Assembly (NCBI GenBank): GCA_009859145.1 | Contig: VRVR01000014.1 | Location: 251,618-315,617 of the forward strand | Direction: 5' to 3' | DNA: 64,000 nucleotides | From: Andalucia godoyi And28 | Taxonomy: Eukaryota > Protista > Jakobida | Shown: piece after piece, positions 32,085 to 41,041 of the stretch | Position numbering within the stretch: the first letter of the stretch is position 1 | Layout: each line of letters starts with the position of its first letter | Notes under the pieces: model-generated | Told to the model about the DNA's origin: nothing | What the model saw: only the letters and a program-made list of their open reading frames with translations | Database searches by the model: none | Position numbers and translations under genes: made by a program

Positions 32085-33170
32085 ATGAGGTCTGAAGAGT
32101 TCGTGTTCCTGCTCACAGCAAGCGCCAACAAAACAGCAAATATTCGAATATTTTCTGGCAAGTGGTATTCCGGATGCGATCAGATCGACACATCGATTGC
32201 ACGCCAAATGGGGAGCTTGGTGGGTTTGCTGCAACAGAACGTAGACAATGGAATACTTCCGTGCGATCCTCGGACCGAGTACCTGCTCTTGTACAATGTC
32301 CAAAAGAGTGCGATTTCTTCCGACTGGTTAACGGTGGACCTGCTTATTCGTTCGCAAGAAGGAAGCTGGATCACGAAATCGCATCTTCGGAGCGATACCC
32401 TTGTTGGAAAGCCTCTCAATCTCGCCGTCAACGCCGACACACTGGAGGTAGTCAACGAGACCGAAGCTCTACTTCGTATGGGTCTTATTGATGAAAGCGA
32501 CGTTGCACCGGGGAAGCAGCCGTCGTCTTCCTCCTCCGGGAACTGCGAAGCCACTAGCCTGCCTCAGCCAATCGTCCTTGGAAGTTTGCACCATTCTTCA
32601 GCTCCCGTCACCTTCTTAGCGTGCAAAGCGCATCGAGAGCAGTTTCAGCCGGAGGCCATTTTCAACGGATCGCGCGACTCGCACTTTGCGGATTTGTTCC
32701 GAGAAGGCCGCTTGCTTCCGTTTTCTATGGTTTCCGATGCGTACATGCACGTCATCTCCCCGGAGTCGCCGTCATCACAGCGAAACCGGTCGCAGAACGT
32801 TGGCCCGTCGGATACAGATGGTCCGCCTGACTGTGGCAAACAAGAGATGTCTGCAGAAGCGTCGAATAAACCCCGCGTTCCCGGCAACCTTCTGCCTGTT
32901 GTGGATGAATCCGAGGTGGATCACTCCGGTTTGTGTCACGGATTTATTCTCGAGATAAAAGGCCGGCGACGGGATGTACAAAAGATTGTGGATCAAGGAG
33001 TGGGTAAGATGACGAGCAAGGTGATCGAGATCCCCACAGGCGAGGTCACAGCGACGACAAACACGTCAGCTGCGCAGCCAGAGAACAACGTCATGGACCA
33101 GTTTAAAAGACTGAAGACTGCGTACCCCGGTTTTCAGGTTCCGGATGCGCCTCCTCCATCGAGCGCATAG
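32085..33170 (+). CDS. Uncharacterised protein B (361 aa), paralogue of 30592..31488
   Basis: Shares FxGxWY, Q[IM]GxL[IV]xLLxxxV, ExLL[IL]Y, DxLxG[RK]PxxxAV, GSxD, PF and FILE motifs with protein A. Confidence 0.8.
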   Translation: MRSEEFVFLLTASANKTANIRIFSGKWYSGCDQIDTSIARQMGSLVGLLQQNVDNGILPCDPRTEYLLLYNVQKSAISSDWLTVDLLIRSQEGSWITKSHLRSDTLVGKPLNLAVNADTLEVVNETEALLRMGLIDESDVAPGKQPSSSSSGNCEATSLPQPIVLGSLHHSSAPVTFLACKAHREQFQPEAIFNGSRDSHFADLFREGRLLPFSMVSDAYMHVISPESPSSQRNRSQNVGPSDTDGPPDCGKQEMSAEASNKPRVPGNLLPVVDESEVDHSGLCHGFILEIKGRRRDVQKIVDQGVGKMTSKVIEIPTGEVTATTNTSAAQPENNVMDQFKRLKTAYPGFQVPDAPPPSSA

Positions 33171-33340
33171 ATCATGAAGCCCCTTCCCCCCCCCCCCCCA
33201 CTGGATAAGCCCCGTGGAATATCTCTTTGGACGCCACCGATTAAAAAAACAAAAAGGAGAGTGCAAAACATTGGTTCGGAGAGGGCGTGAAGAACGGAAG
33301 GACAGCGATCGTTCCAAGGAGGAAAAAACAGAAATCCTCT

Positions 33341-34072
33341 TTATTTTGACGATTTTTTCCAAAACTTCCACGAACTTCCTGATTTTTCCTTGGTGGTTTC
33401 CCCTTTGCTTGAGACGTCGCCGTCTCGAATCGACCGCACAAGTGCAGCAAAGCAATTGTCCACATGTATGTTTGTTTTTGCCGACGTTTCAAAGAACGGA
33501 GACCGGATATCGGCCGCAAGCGCTGCTGCGTCTGACTCCTGCACCTGCCGTTTCGCCGCCGCCAAATCCACCTTGTTTGCAGCGACAACGCACGGAAACC
33601 ACTCGACGTCTTTTGCGCGCAAGACCCGGTTCCGCATGGTTTTAATGTCCGCAAACGTCGCTGCGTTTGTCAGATCATACACAAAAATAAACCCGTCTCC
33701 AGTCCGATTGTACTGGTCACGAAGAACCGCATACTCTTCTTGGCCAGCAGTATCAAGGATGTTCAGCGTGTACTCCTCTCCGTCCACAACAAGCGTCTTT
33801 CGATACGTGTCCTCAATCGTCGGATTGTAGTCTTCTTGGAACTTGTTCTCTGTGAACCGGATTGTCAGCGCTGCAAAAGTCATAACCCCCAAAATCCAAA
33901 CGAACCGTGCCATATTAAAAAACCTCACAAAGTAAGAGTGAATTGTTACATTGTAGAAGCCGCACAATCACTCAAAATACGAGAACAAAAACAAAACAAA
34001 CAAGCAAACCGACATACATGATTTCCCGACGCCGCCTTGTCCCACAATCACAATCTTCAAAGACTTTGCCAT
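33341..34072 (-). CDS. Ras-family small GTPase without a CAAX box, two exons: 34072..34018 and 33870..33341
   Basis: The spliced product reads MAKSLKIVIVGQGGVGKSSLTIRF..YNPTIEDTY..DTAGQEEY..NKVD..ETSAK, so all five G motifs are present. It ends SGSSWKFWKKSSK*. Confidence 0.95.
33871..34017 (-). other. Spliceosomal intron in the Ras gene (147 nt)
   Basis: GTATGT donor, TTTTGCAG acceptor; phase 1; restores the GKSS P-loop. Confidence 0.92.
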
Positions 34073-34382
34073 TTTTCCAAAATGTTCTCAATGGCTCCCT
34101 TTCACCTCGCAGATCTTGTCGTTCGCGGTCCGCTTACTCTCACTCTCTGCAGCAGGATTGGAAGAGAAAATATAAATAAAATATGTCGGCCGGGCAGCTC
34201 TGCAAGGCAAAAACTAGGAAAGCTTTTGGAAAGCGGGAATTAGGTCACAGTAAATGTCCGATCGAGTCGGCGTTGGTGGTGCGGGGACGACTCCACCGTT
34301 CCATGTCAGTGTCAGACTGTCAGTGTCAGTGTCCGTTTCGTTCTGTCTTGCATTGACTTTTACGAGTTCCGAAAGAGAGACA

Positions 34383-34469
34383 ATGTGTGTGTGTGTGTGT
34401 GTGTGAGTGAGAGAGAGAGAGAGAGAGAGACAGAGAGAGAGAGAGAAGGTTGATTAATTCCCACGCGAT

Positions 34470-34502
<33 letters not shown>
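34383..34502. repeat. Compound microsatellite (TG)n-(GA)n-spacer-(CA)n in the Ras/ERH divergent promoter
   Basis: Directly visible. Confidence 0.9.
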
Positions 34503-34504
<2 letters not shown>

Positions 34505-34523
34505 TAGAAGGAAAAAAAGAAGA

Positions 34524-34728
34524 ATGACACATACAATTCTGCTTTTGCAGCTTGGGCGGCAACGCTCATCGCGCACGTTCCGCGACTACGAAGATGTCGC
34601 GCAGTGCATCCAAGGTATGCTTTCCATCCGAGACAACAACAACATGTGCTACGACCGAGGACAGAGAATGCAACAAAAATAGCAATAACAAGCACAGAGA
34701 AAGGGGGACGAGGAAAAAAAAAGAAAAA

Positions 34729-34764
<36 letters not shown>

Positions 34765-35019
34765 CGTGTGTGTACTAATGCGACAATAGATATTGTGGTG
34801 ATGTTTGAGGGCGAGCTGCGCAGACTGAATCCCAACGTTGGATCGCTGGCGTACCAGATCAGCGATGTTCAGAACTGGATTGATTCGCTTCCAGATATGG
34901 TCATTCTGTGTTTCAGTCCACAACGTGCTGCATATGATCCGCACGACAAGACATGGATCAAAGAACGCGTTCACACTCACATTGCACAGCTGTCCCAACG
35001 CTCCGGCTTCCGATCTTAG
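34524..35019 (+). CDS. ERH: Enhancer of rudimentary homolog (106 aa), two exons: 34524..34614 and 34790..35019
   Basis: Spliced product MTHTILLLQLGRQRSSRTFRDYEDVAQCIQDIVVMFEGELRRLNPNVGSLAYQISDVQNWIDSLPDMVILCFSPQRAAYDPHDKTWIKERV matches ERH along its length. Confidence 0.93.
34615..34789 (+). other. Spliceosomal intron in ERH (175 nt), purine/microsatellite-rich
   Basis: GTATGC donor, TACTAAT branch site at 34773, TAG acceptor; phase 1. Confidence 0.9.
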
Positions 35020-35104
35020 CAACACGAACAAGAACAAGGAGGCAGAAGAGGAAGCTAGGTTAAAGATAATAAAGGAAAAGCTTTTGCAAGGTTAGCCGTC
35101 CGAA

Positions 35105-35722
35105 CTAGAGAATGGTGCTGGAGGATTTTTCAATGTGCTTTGCGTGCTTCGAAAACTCGGATTCGACAATGAGGTGTTGAGTGGAGACTAGCCGGTCGAT
35201 GTAGACGATTCCGTTGAGATGGTCGAGTTCGTGCTGGAACACTCGTGCTTCGAACCCTTGCAACGTTTCCGACTTTTGGATGCCATTGACGTCCAGGTAC
35301 GACACCTTGATGTTTCGGAACCGAGGGACGTACCCCAAAAACCCAGGGATCGATAAACATCCCTCCCAGCCCCACTCCTTCTCATTTTCCATTTCTGAGA
35401 CCACTTTTCCCTTGACCGCCGCACTGGTGCCGCTGGTGCCACCTACACTGTTTGTGGAGGTGGTGATGACCGACTCGAGAACCGGATTGACGATGGTTTT
35501 GTACTCGGTTTGGCCCTCGTTGGACATGATAAACACACGCAGCAGGGTGTTAATCTGGGGAGCTGCAATGCCGACGCCACAATGGGTCTTCATGGTGTTT
35601 GTCAGCTGCGTCGCCAGAGTCTTGACTTGCGCCCGATGATGGGAAAAGTCCACCGGCTGACACACCTTTCGAAGCGCTGGATTCCCAAGAAACGTCAGCT
35701 TGGCAACATTCGAAAACCTCAT
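35105..35722 (-). CDS. PDF: Peptide deformylase (organellar)
   Basis: All three PDF motifs: GVGIAAPQI, EGCLS, QHELDHLNG. ATG at 35722 leaves only a very short presequence. Confidence 0.95.
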   Translation of the reverse strand: MRFSNVAKLTFLGNPALRKVCQPVDFSHHRAQVKTLATQLTNTMKTHCGVGIAAPQINTLLRVFIMSNEGQTEYKTIVNPVLESVITTSTNSVGGTSGTSAAVKGKVVSEMENEKEWGWEGCLSIPGFLGYVPRFRNIKVSYLDVNGIQKSETLQGFEARVFQHELDHLNGIVYIDRLVSTQHLIVESEFSKHAKHIEKSSSTIL

Positions 35723-36062
35723 CGTCTCCCACCCCCTCACTTCCACTCAGTTCAGACAAGGAAAGAGCCTGCAAAAAAGCAGTGCAATATATAAACAAAC
35801 AAATAAATGAATGAACAAACCTGAGACAGTCAGTCATGGAAGAAATACAAACAAACAAAGCACATTCATCATACATGGGATGAATGGTGCGTCTGGTTCT
35901 GATGAACGTGCGTTGTATGGACTCATCTTTTACTTGGGGGGATTCTTCTTCATTCATCCTTTTTTTTCTTCTTCTTCATCTTCGGGGAAAAAAAACAGGT
36001 TCACAACTGATTGCAAAGAGTATCTAATTTTGTTCTTCAAGGGGATGGGGGGAGGCGCGAAA

Positions 36063-36536
36063 TTAGTATGCTGCGAACTGCTTCTTTGCTGCCGAGGCGT
36101 GGGTGATGACCTTGAGGACGTTGAATCGGACAGTCTTGGAGAGCGGGCGGCATTCTCCGCAGATGACCTGGTCTCCCTGCTGGACACGGAAAGCTGGCGA
36201 GAGGTGGGCGGCGAAGTTCTTGTGGCGCTTCTCATAACGGTTGTACTTGGGGATATAGTGGAGGTAGTCGCGGCGAAGAGTGACAGTGCGGGTCATCTTC
36301 GTGGACTTGATCACTCCGCGCATCAGACGACCACGGATCGAAACGTTTCCGGTGAACGGGCACTTCTTGTCAACATAGTTACCCTCGATTGCGTCCTTGG
36401 GGGTCTTGAAGCCAAGGCCCACGTTCTTCCAATAGCGAAGACCCGCCGACTTCTTCGACGAGCGCAAAAGCCGCTTTGAGCCAAGGAAGATAGGCTGCTG
36501 CTTCTGGAATGCCTTCTGGTCCTGAACGTCAGTCAT
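36063..36536 (-). CDS. RPS11: 40S ribosomal protein S11 (uS17)
   Basis: [58 protein letters not shown] at 36536. Confidence 0.98.
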   Translation of the reverse strand: MTDVQDQKAFQKQQPIFLGSKRLLRSSKKSAGLRYWKNVGLGFKTPKDAIEGNYVDKKCPFTGNVSIRGRLMRGVIKSTKMTRTVTLRRDYLHYIPKYNRYEKRHKNFAAHLSPAFRVQQGDQVICGECRPLSKTVRFNVLKVITHASAAKKQFAAY

Positions 36537-37255
36537 TCTCGGTTCCCGCAATACTTCCAATCTCTGTCGAAATCAAGAATAAAGAAAACAAGAAGAGAGA
36601 GAAAATCCAAAAGGAGGAAAGGAAAAATAGAACGAAAAAGAGGAAATAGAATAAAAAGAAAGGCAAAGAATTATCTGTGGCTCCTTGAAACAACCCTCGT
36701 CCGTCCCTCCTCCGAAAAACCAAAAGACCTCTTCAAAAGGGAAACCGAGGATTCCCAAGGAGGGGAACCCGAGAAAAGAGGGCTTGGGCTAGGGTTAGCG
36801 GTTGCACGTTGTCCGGCGCACCATATCTTTTTATTTTCCGTAATGAACCCTCGCTAATTGCAGTCTGAAAAAAAAAGAAAAGAAAAAAGGCAAGCATCAA
36901 GGAGGAGAAATTTGTTGCATCAATTGCCGGACCTTTTTCTCCCTCCAAATTGGATTGTGGGCGTTTGCGAATTGCCAATTGCGGCTTTGCGTGCTTCCCG
37001 CAAGCGTGAAGAGCTTTCTGCTTTCTTTGACTTTCTGTTCCTTTCCACGATGTGGACGCTCACTGACCGATCTCCCGCAAGTCCAAAGAAGTACTGCATC
37101 CTTCCACGTTCACCAGCGAAGTTTTTCTATAAAAACAAAAAACAACAACCACATCAGCAACAGTAACGCTAGACTGTGGGGTTTTTTGCTTTGTTTCTTT
37201 TTTTCCTTTCCCCATATAGACATTTCGAAACAAGAGAACTTGACGGAGTACACGG

Positions 37256-37444
37256 ATGTCGTCTGCAGTGGCACTTCCGGATGATGTGATATGCTTTTCA
37301 GCTTCTGAAATGGAGTTTCTTGCTGAGGAAACCCGAGTTGACATTGAGCCTTCGATTTCGATTCCGGCCGAAGTCGTTCTCTTATCCGTACGTTCCTCGC
37401 TCTTTTCTCCACCCAAGCATGATGATGCGTTACTCACAGAGTTC

Positions 37445-37476
<32 letters not shown>

Positions 37477-38199
37477 TAGGGCACATTGTCTGCGTTTCGA
37501 CCTTCTCGGATAGTCCGTGATGTTCCGCTATGGCTTGCGGTGTCGCTTCGTCAGCAAGCAAAGTGTCGTATCCGGCCGCCGCAATGGCTGGATGTTGACT
37601 ACTTGTCTTCTGCACTAAATCTTGAGCGCATGCGAGAAAACGATGACAAATTCACTGCGCTTCCATTCCACTATTTGGAAGTAGCAACGATTCTTTTGGA
37701 TGCAGCAGAGTCGGACATCCCGGCAGCTCCAAGGCTAAAGTCCATTGTGTCGGACCTGTTCCAGTTGCGCCAGGGAAAGCTGCGACGATCACTGATGGCT
37801 CTCGATGGGTACGTCGAGGGCTTCGAAGTCACGAATCTCTCTGCAATGGAAATCAACTCGGCAAGACACCTTGTTTGCGGCGCGCTCAACGAACTCTACA
37901 AGCTCCACGTTGCGTCCTCGGGTCCTCAAGCGCCATCGCAGACCCAGCAGCCTCGGGACAGCAGCAGCACCCAGCAATCAGCGTCATCCGCACCAGCACT
38001 GCACACAACGAGCATAGCTACAGGTGCAGGGGCGTGGAGCTCACAGCCTGGAGCGGGTGGCGTGATGGGCAGATCCGAGGATTCGCAGTTTGAATCGCAG
38101 ATTACAGAGGGCGATTCAGCGCTAGGAAGAATGGGGTTCATCGAGGAAAATATCACGCAGACATTTCCACACTCAGACTCTTCTTCTTTTGCTCCGTAG
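37256..38199 (+). CDS. GINS2: GINS complex subunit Psf2, two exons: 37256..37387 and 37480..38199
   Basis: EMEFLAEE..I.P, then GTLSAFRP...VPLWLAVSLRQQAKCRIRPPQWL, LPFHYLEVA, DLFQLRQGKL, NLSAMEIN; low-complexity C-terminal extension. Confidence 0.93.
37388..37479 (+). other. Spliceosomal intron in PSF2 (92 nt) containing an (ATG)n microsatellite
   Basis: GTACGT donor, TAG acceptor, phase 0; about ten ATG repeats directly before the acceptor. Confidence 0.88.
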
Positions 38200-38528
38200 T
38201 TATCTCTCCTTGTTGAATACTTATTTTTTAAAAAGCATACATGCGAAGCAAAACACGAAAAGATTGTTGCGTGCTTTCCAGTTGCCCACGTTGCAGGTAC
38301 GTCATGAATGCTCTATTCTTCGAACGAGCTTGTCGTAGACGCATTCCGTTAAGTCTTAATATTATTATTCTTCCGCGTGTTGCGTCCTTTTCCTACTTTT
38401 CCCTTGCATTTCCCCTGCATTTCCCCTTCATTTTCTTCATTTTCTTTCATCTTTTCTTCTTCTTTCCACCGTAGAACTGGAGAGATCCGAAGAAAGCAGA
38501 TAGAAGCAAGGAGTAGGGGAGAGGGTGA

Positions 38529-39368
38529 ATGATGCAGACGCACGATCGAGTGTGGGAGAAGTTCCGCAGCAAGCCTTCGGACCGATCACAGCTCTGCGAA
38601 ATGGAAGCACGGATGACGAACCGGCTGAGTTTTGTGCGGTCGACGTGCTATTACGATCCTTTGTTCACGCATTCCTCTGCGGTACTTGATCGTGGAGCTG
38701 ATTTTGCGGCTTCCCCATCGGTTATGCAGCAACAGCAGCTTTCCGACGCGCCGTCTTCTCTTACTTCGTCACCACATCAGTACCAACAAGGAGAGCATGA
38801 CCAGCAGGAGCACGATGTGGAGGAGCAGCAGGAGGACGAGCAAGACAGGCAGAGAGATGTGCGGCGTATAGAACGGCAGTTTTCTGGATTCTCGCGTGCG
38901 CACAGCAGTACTGCATCGGATGTGAGCTCTGAGGAATCGGAAAGTTCCACAACGTCGTCCTCAGAGGACTCTGCGTCAAGCTATGAGACAGCGCAAGACG
39001 AATGCGTGGACTCAGACGCGGTCACCGAGACCAGCACACATGCTTTTGAAGCGATTGCTAGAGAATCAAGAATCCCAGTGCACATTTCGCATCGCACGCT
39101 TTTCGGAGTCCGTCGACGTCAGGACCAGGAAGAGGACGTCCAGGATGGTGATGGTGATGGTGATGATGATGGTGATGATGCTGATGTTGAAGAAGAAGAA
39201 GAACAAGAACAAGAACAAGAACAAGAAGAAGAAGAAGATGATGATGAGGAGGAGGAGGAAGAGATGGGCGAGGTGGAAGTAATTGAGGATGCCGAGTATG
39301 ACGAAGAAGCAGAAGACGAGTTTGAGGCACAGCTTCAGCTTGCTCTTCGTCTTTCGATGCAGCCATAG
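38529..39368 (+). CDS. Acidic low-complexity protein with a C-terminal ubiquitin-interacting motif
   Basis: Long D/E tract; ends EDEFEAQLQLALRLSMQP, which fits the UIM pattern (acidic-x-L-x-x-A-L-x-x-S). Confidence 0.7.
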   Translation: MMQTHDRVWEKFRSKPSDRSQLCEMEARMTNRLSFVRSTCYYDPLFTHSSAVLDRGADFAASPSVMQQQQLSDAPSSLTSSPHQYQQGEHDQQEHDVEEQQEDEQDRQRDVRRIERQFSGFSRAHSSTASDVSSEESESSTTSSSEDSASSYETAQDECVDSDAVTETSTHAFEAIARESRIPVHISHRTLFGVRRRQDQEEDVQDGDGDGDDDGDDADVEEEEEQEQEQEQEEEEDDDEEEEEEMGEVEVIEDAEYDEEAEDEFEAQLQLALRLSMQP

Positions 39369-39426
39369 CCCACGCTCTTTGCCGTTCTGTATTCTTTATT
39401 ATAACCATGGAAGCAGCACGCATCGA

Positions 39427-40230
39427 CTATTTTTGCGTCAGAATGGCTCGTCTAAGGATGTCCTCGATCTTGTGTTTGACCTGTTCTCGCGACGTTAGAC
39501 GCTCATTCGTCGCCCCTTTTGTCCACACAAGCCTCTGGGTGATCCACGTGCTCTCATCCTCAAACATCGCCATGACATCCATCCCATGCTCGTCGACATG
39601 CGCCACGAACGCATCGAGAACCTCTCTGCTTTCACCGTTCCACGATCGCATCATCTGTGCAAGCTGCACTGCATCCAGTCCCGTGTTCAGATCGTCCATC
39701 AGCGGCCCATACACACTCGTCAGCGCATCTTCGCGCGCCTTGCATACTTCATTCAGCGACGAGGTGTGCATTGCCCCGAAGCCGTCAATCAGCAGCAACG
39801 ACCGCACCTCCAACCCATGCACCACCGTGTTCTTCTCTTTTTCAGCCCCTCTCTCCGTGTCAGCGTCCCTATCAGCGTCTGTGCTCGGAGACTTGGAGTC
39901 GGCGGTGGAAAAGAGGTCGGCAGGCCGCGGATGCCGACTAGAAGCAGGAACAGGCACTCCCGCGACCGAGACGCGTTCCGGGGCCCGCTTGGCCTGGAGA
40001 AACAGCTTGACGACCGAGACAGGATCGATGTGTCCCGTAGTGAGGCTGACTACAGCAGTTGAGGTCTCAAACTGCGCCGGACCCCGAAAGTGGAAAGCAG
40101 GTTTCGACGCCGGCTGGAATGATGCTTCCGTCAAGTGAGACACGAACCCAGCCGAGGATGTAGGATACGTGAGCTGCACGCGCGGCGATCGCAAAAGGAT
40201 CGACTTGATCCGACTCGCCACACTCGACAT
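39427..40230 (-). CDS. Hypothetical protein (267 aa), possible mitochondrial presequence
   Basis: ATG-initiated ORF; R/S-rich, acid-free N-terminus; tail-to-tail with the UIM gene. ORF 39407..40138(+) is treated as its shadow. Confidence 0.65.
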   Translation of the reverse strand: MSSVASRIKSILLRSPRVQLTYPTSSAGFVSHLTEASFQPASKPAFHFRGPAQFETSTAVVSLTTGHIDPVSVVKLFLQAKRAPERVSVAGVPVPASSRHPRPADLFSTADSKSPSTDADRDADTERGAEKEKNTVVHGLEVRSLLLIDGFGAMHTSSLNEVCKAREDALTSVYGPLMDDLNTGLDAVQLAQMMRSWNGESREVLDAFVAHVDEHGMDVMAMFEDESTWITQRLVWTKGATNERLTSREQVKHKIEDILRRAILTQK

Positions 40231-40242
40231 TCGCAGCTTGGA

Positions 40243-40273
<31 letters not shown>

Positions 40274-41041
40274 GTCTGTGTCTGTGTGTCTGTGTCTGTG
40301 TGTCTGTCGATCTGACTCTGAGGGCTCGTCGATCAGTACCGCTGTTGCCGTGATCTTTGCGATTCAATGAATGGGAACGGTACGAAAACGAGCTGAAGGC
40401 TCATGCATTCAACAAAAAGGAATGGGGTAGAATCAAGTGATGCAGAAACAAATGCGTCGGGCTTTTTTTGGTCCAGTCCTGCATTTTCCCTCCGATTTCT
40501 CTACAGCAGATAGCAGCATTAGAAGCAAATGTGTGAGTTCTATTCAGAAAGGAGGGCAGGGCCCAGTACACCGAGGCGTTTCTTCCAATAGATGTTGCGC
40601 GCACCATTCCATCCTCGATCCAGACGTGCCGGAGATTCAGAACTGTGGGCGCGAGGACTGAGGAGGGGTCTTTTTTCTGTGGGGTGAAATAAATAAAATA
40701 CAAAAAAAAATAAGTAAATATTTAAATATAAAACCTTTCCCCGAACGAAATGTCAATGGACTGGCGTGAATGAAAAAAGTCGACTGGAAAAGCATTGTCT
40801 GAAATTTCTGGATGAGCGGGGTAAGGTAGGGTAAAGAATGAAGTACCCACTTGCCAAAACGAAACCCAAGCTGAGAACCATTGAGAAAGCGAGATGCGGT
40901 TTTGCTTATTTGCTTGCTTATGGATTGTCAATGGTCCACGGATGAACCGCAGGGTTTTCGGTTCTCCGCGCGTCATTTATCACTCTTGTTGTGTTTTTTG
41001 CCTGTTTTTGCAAGTGTTGGATGCTTGTCTGTTGAGGGGAG

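Noticed and set aside
34360-35037. 225-aa minus-strand ORF and the chimeric 155-aa ORF 34552..35019
   Set aside because: They are the antisense shadow of ERH and a read-through of its intron; the spliced model explains the region.
37256-37513. ORF with a poly-Met tract (about ten Met), and the antisense poly-His ORF 37430..37615
   Set aside because: The (ATG)n run lies inside the PSF2 intron; splicing restores conserved Psf2. As a C/D snoRNA it has box C-like ATGATGA but no box D CTGA.
39407-40138. 243-aa plus-strand ORF
   Set aside because: In-register antisense of 39427..40230, which has more typical composition and orientation; the choice between them is not fully certain.
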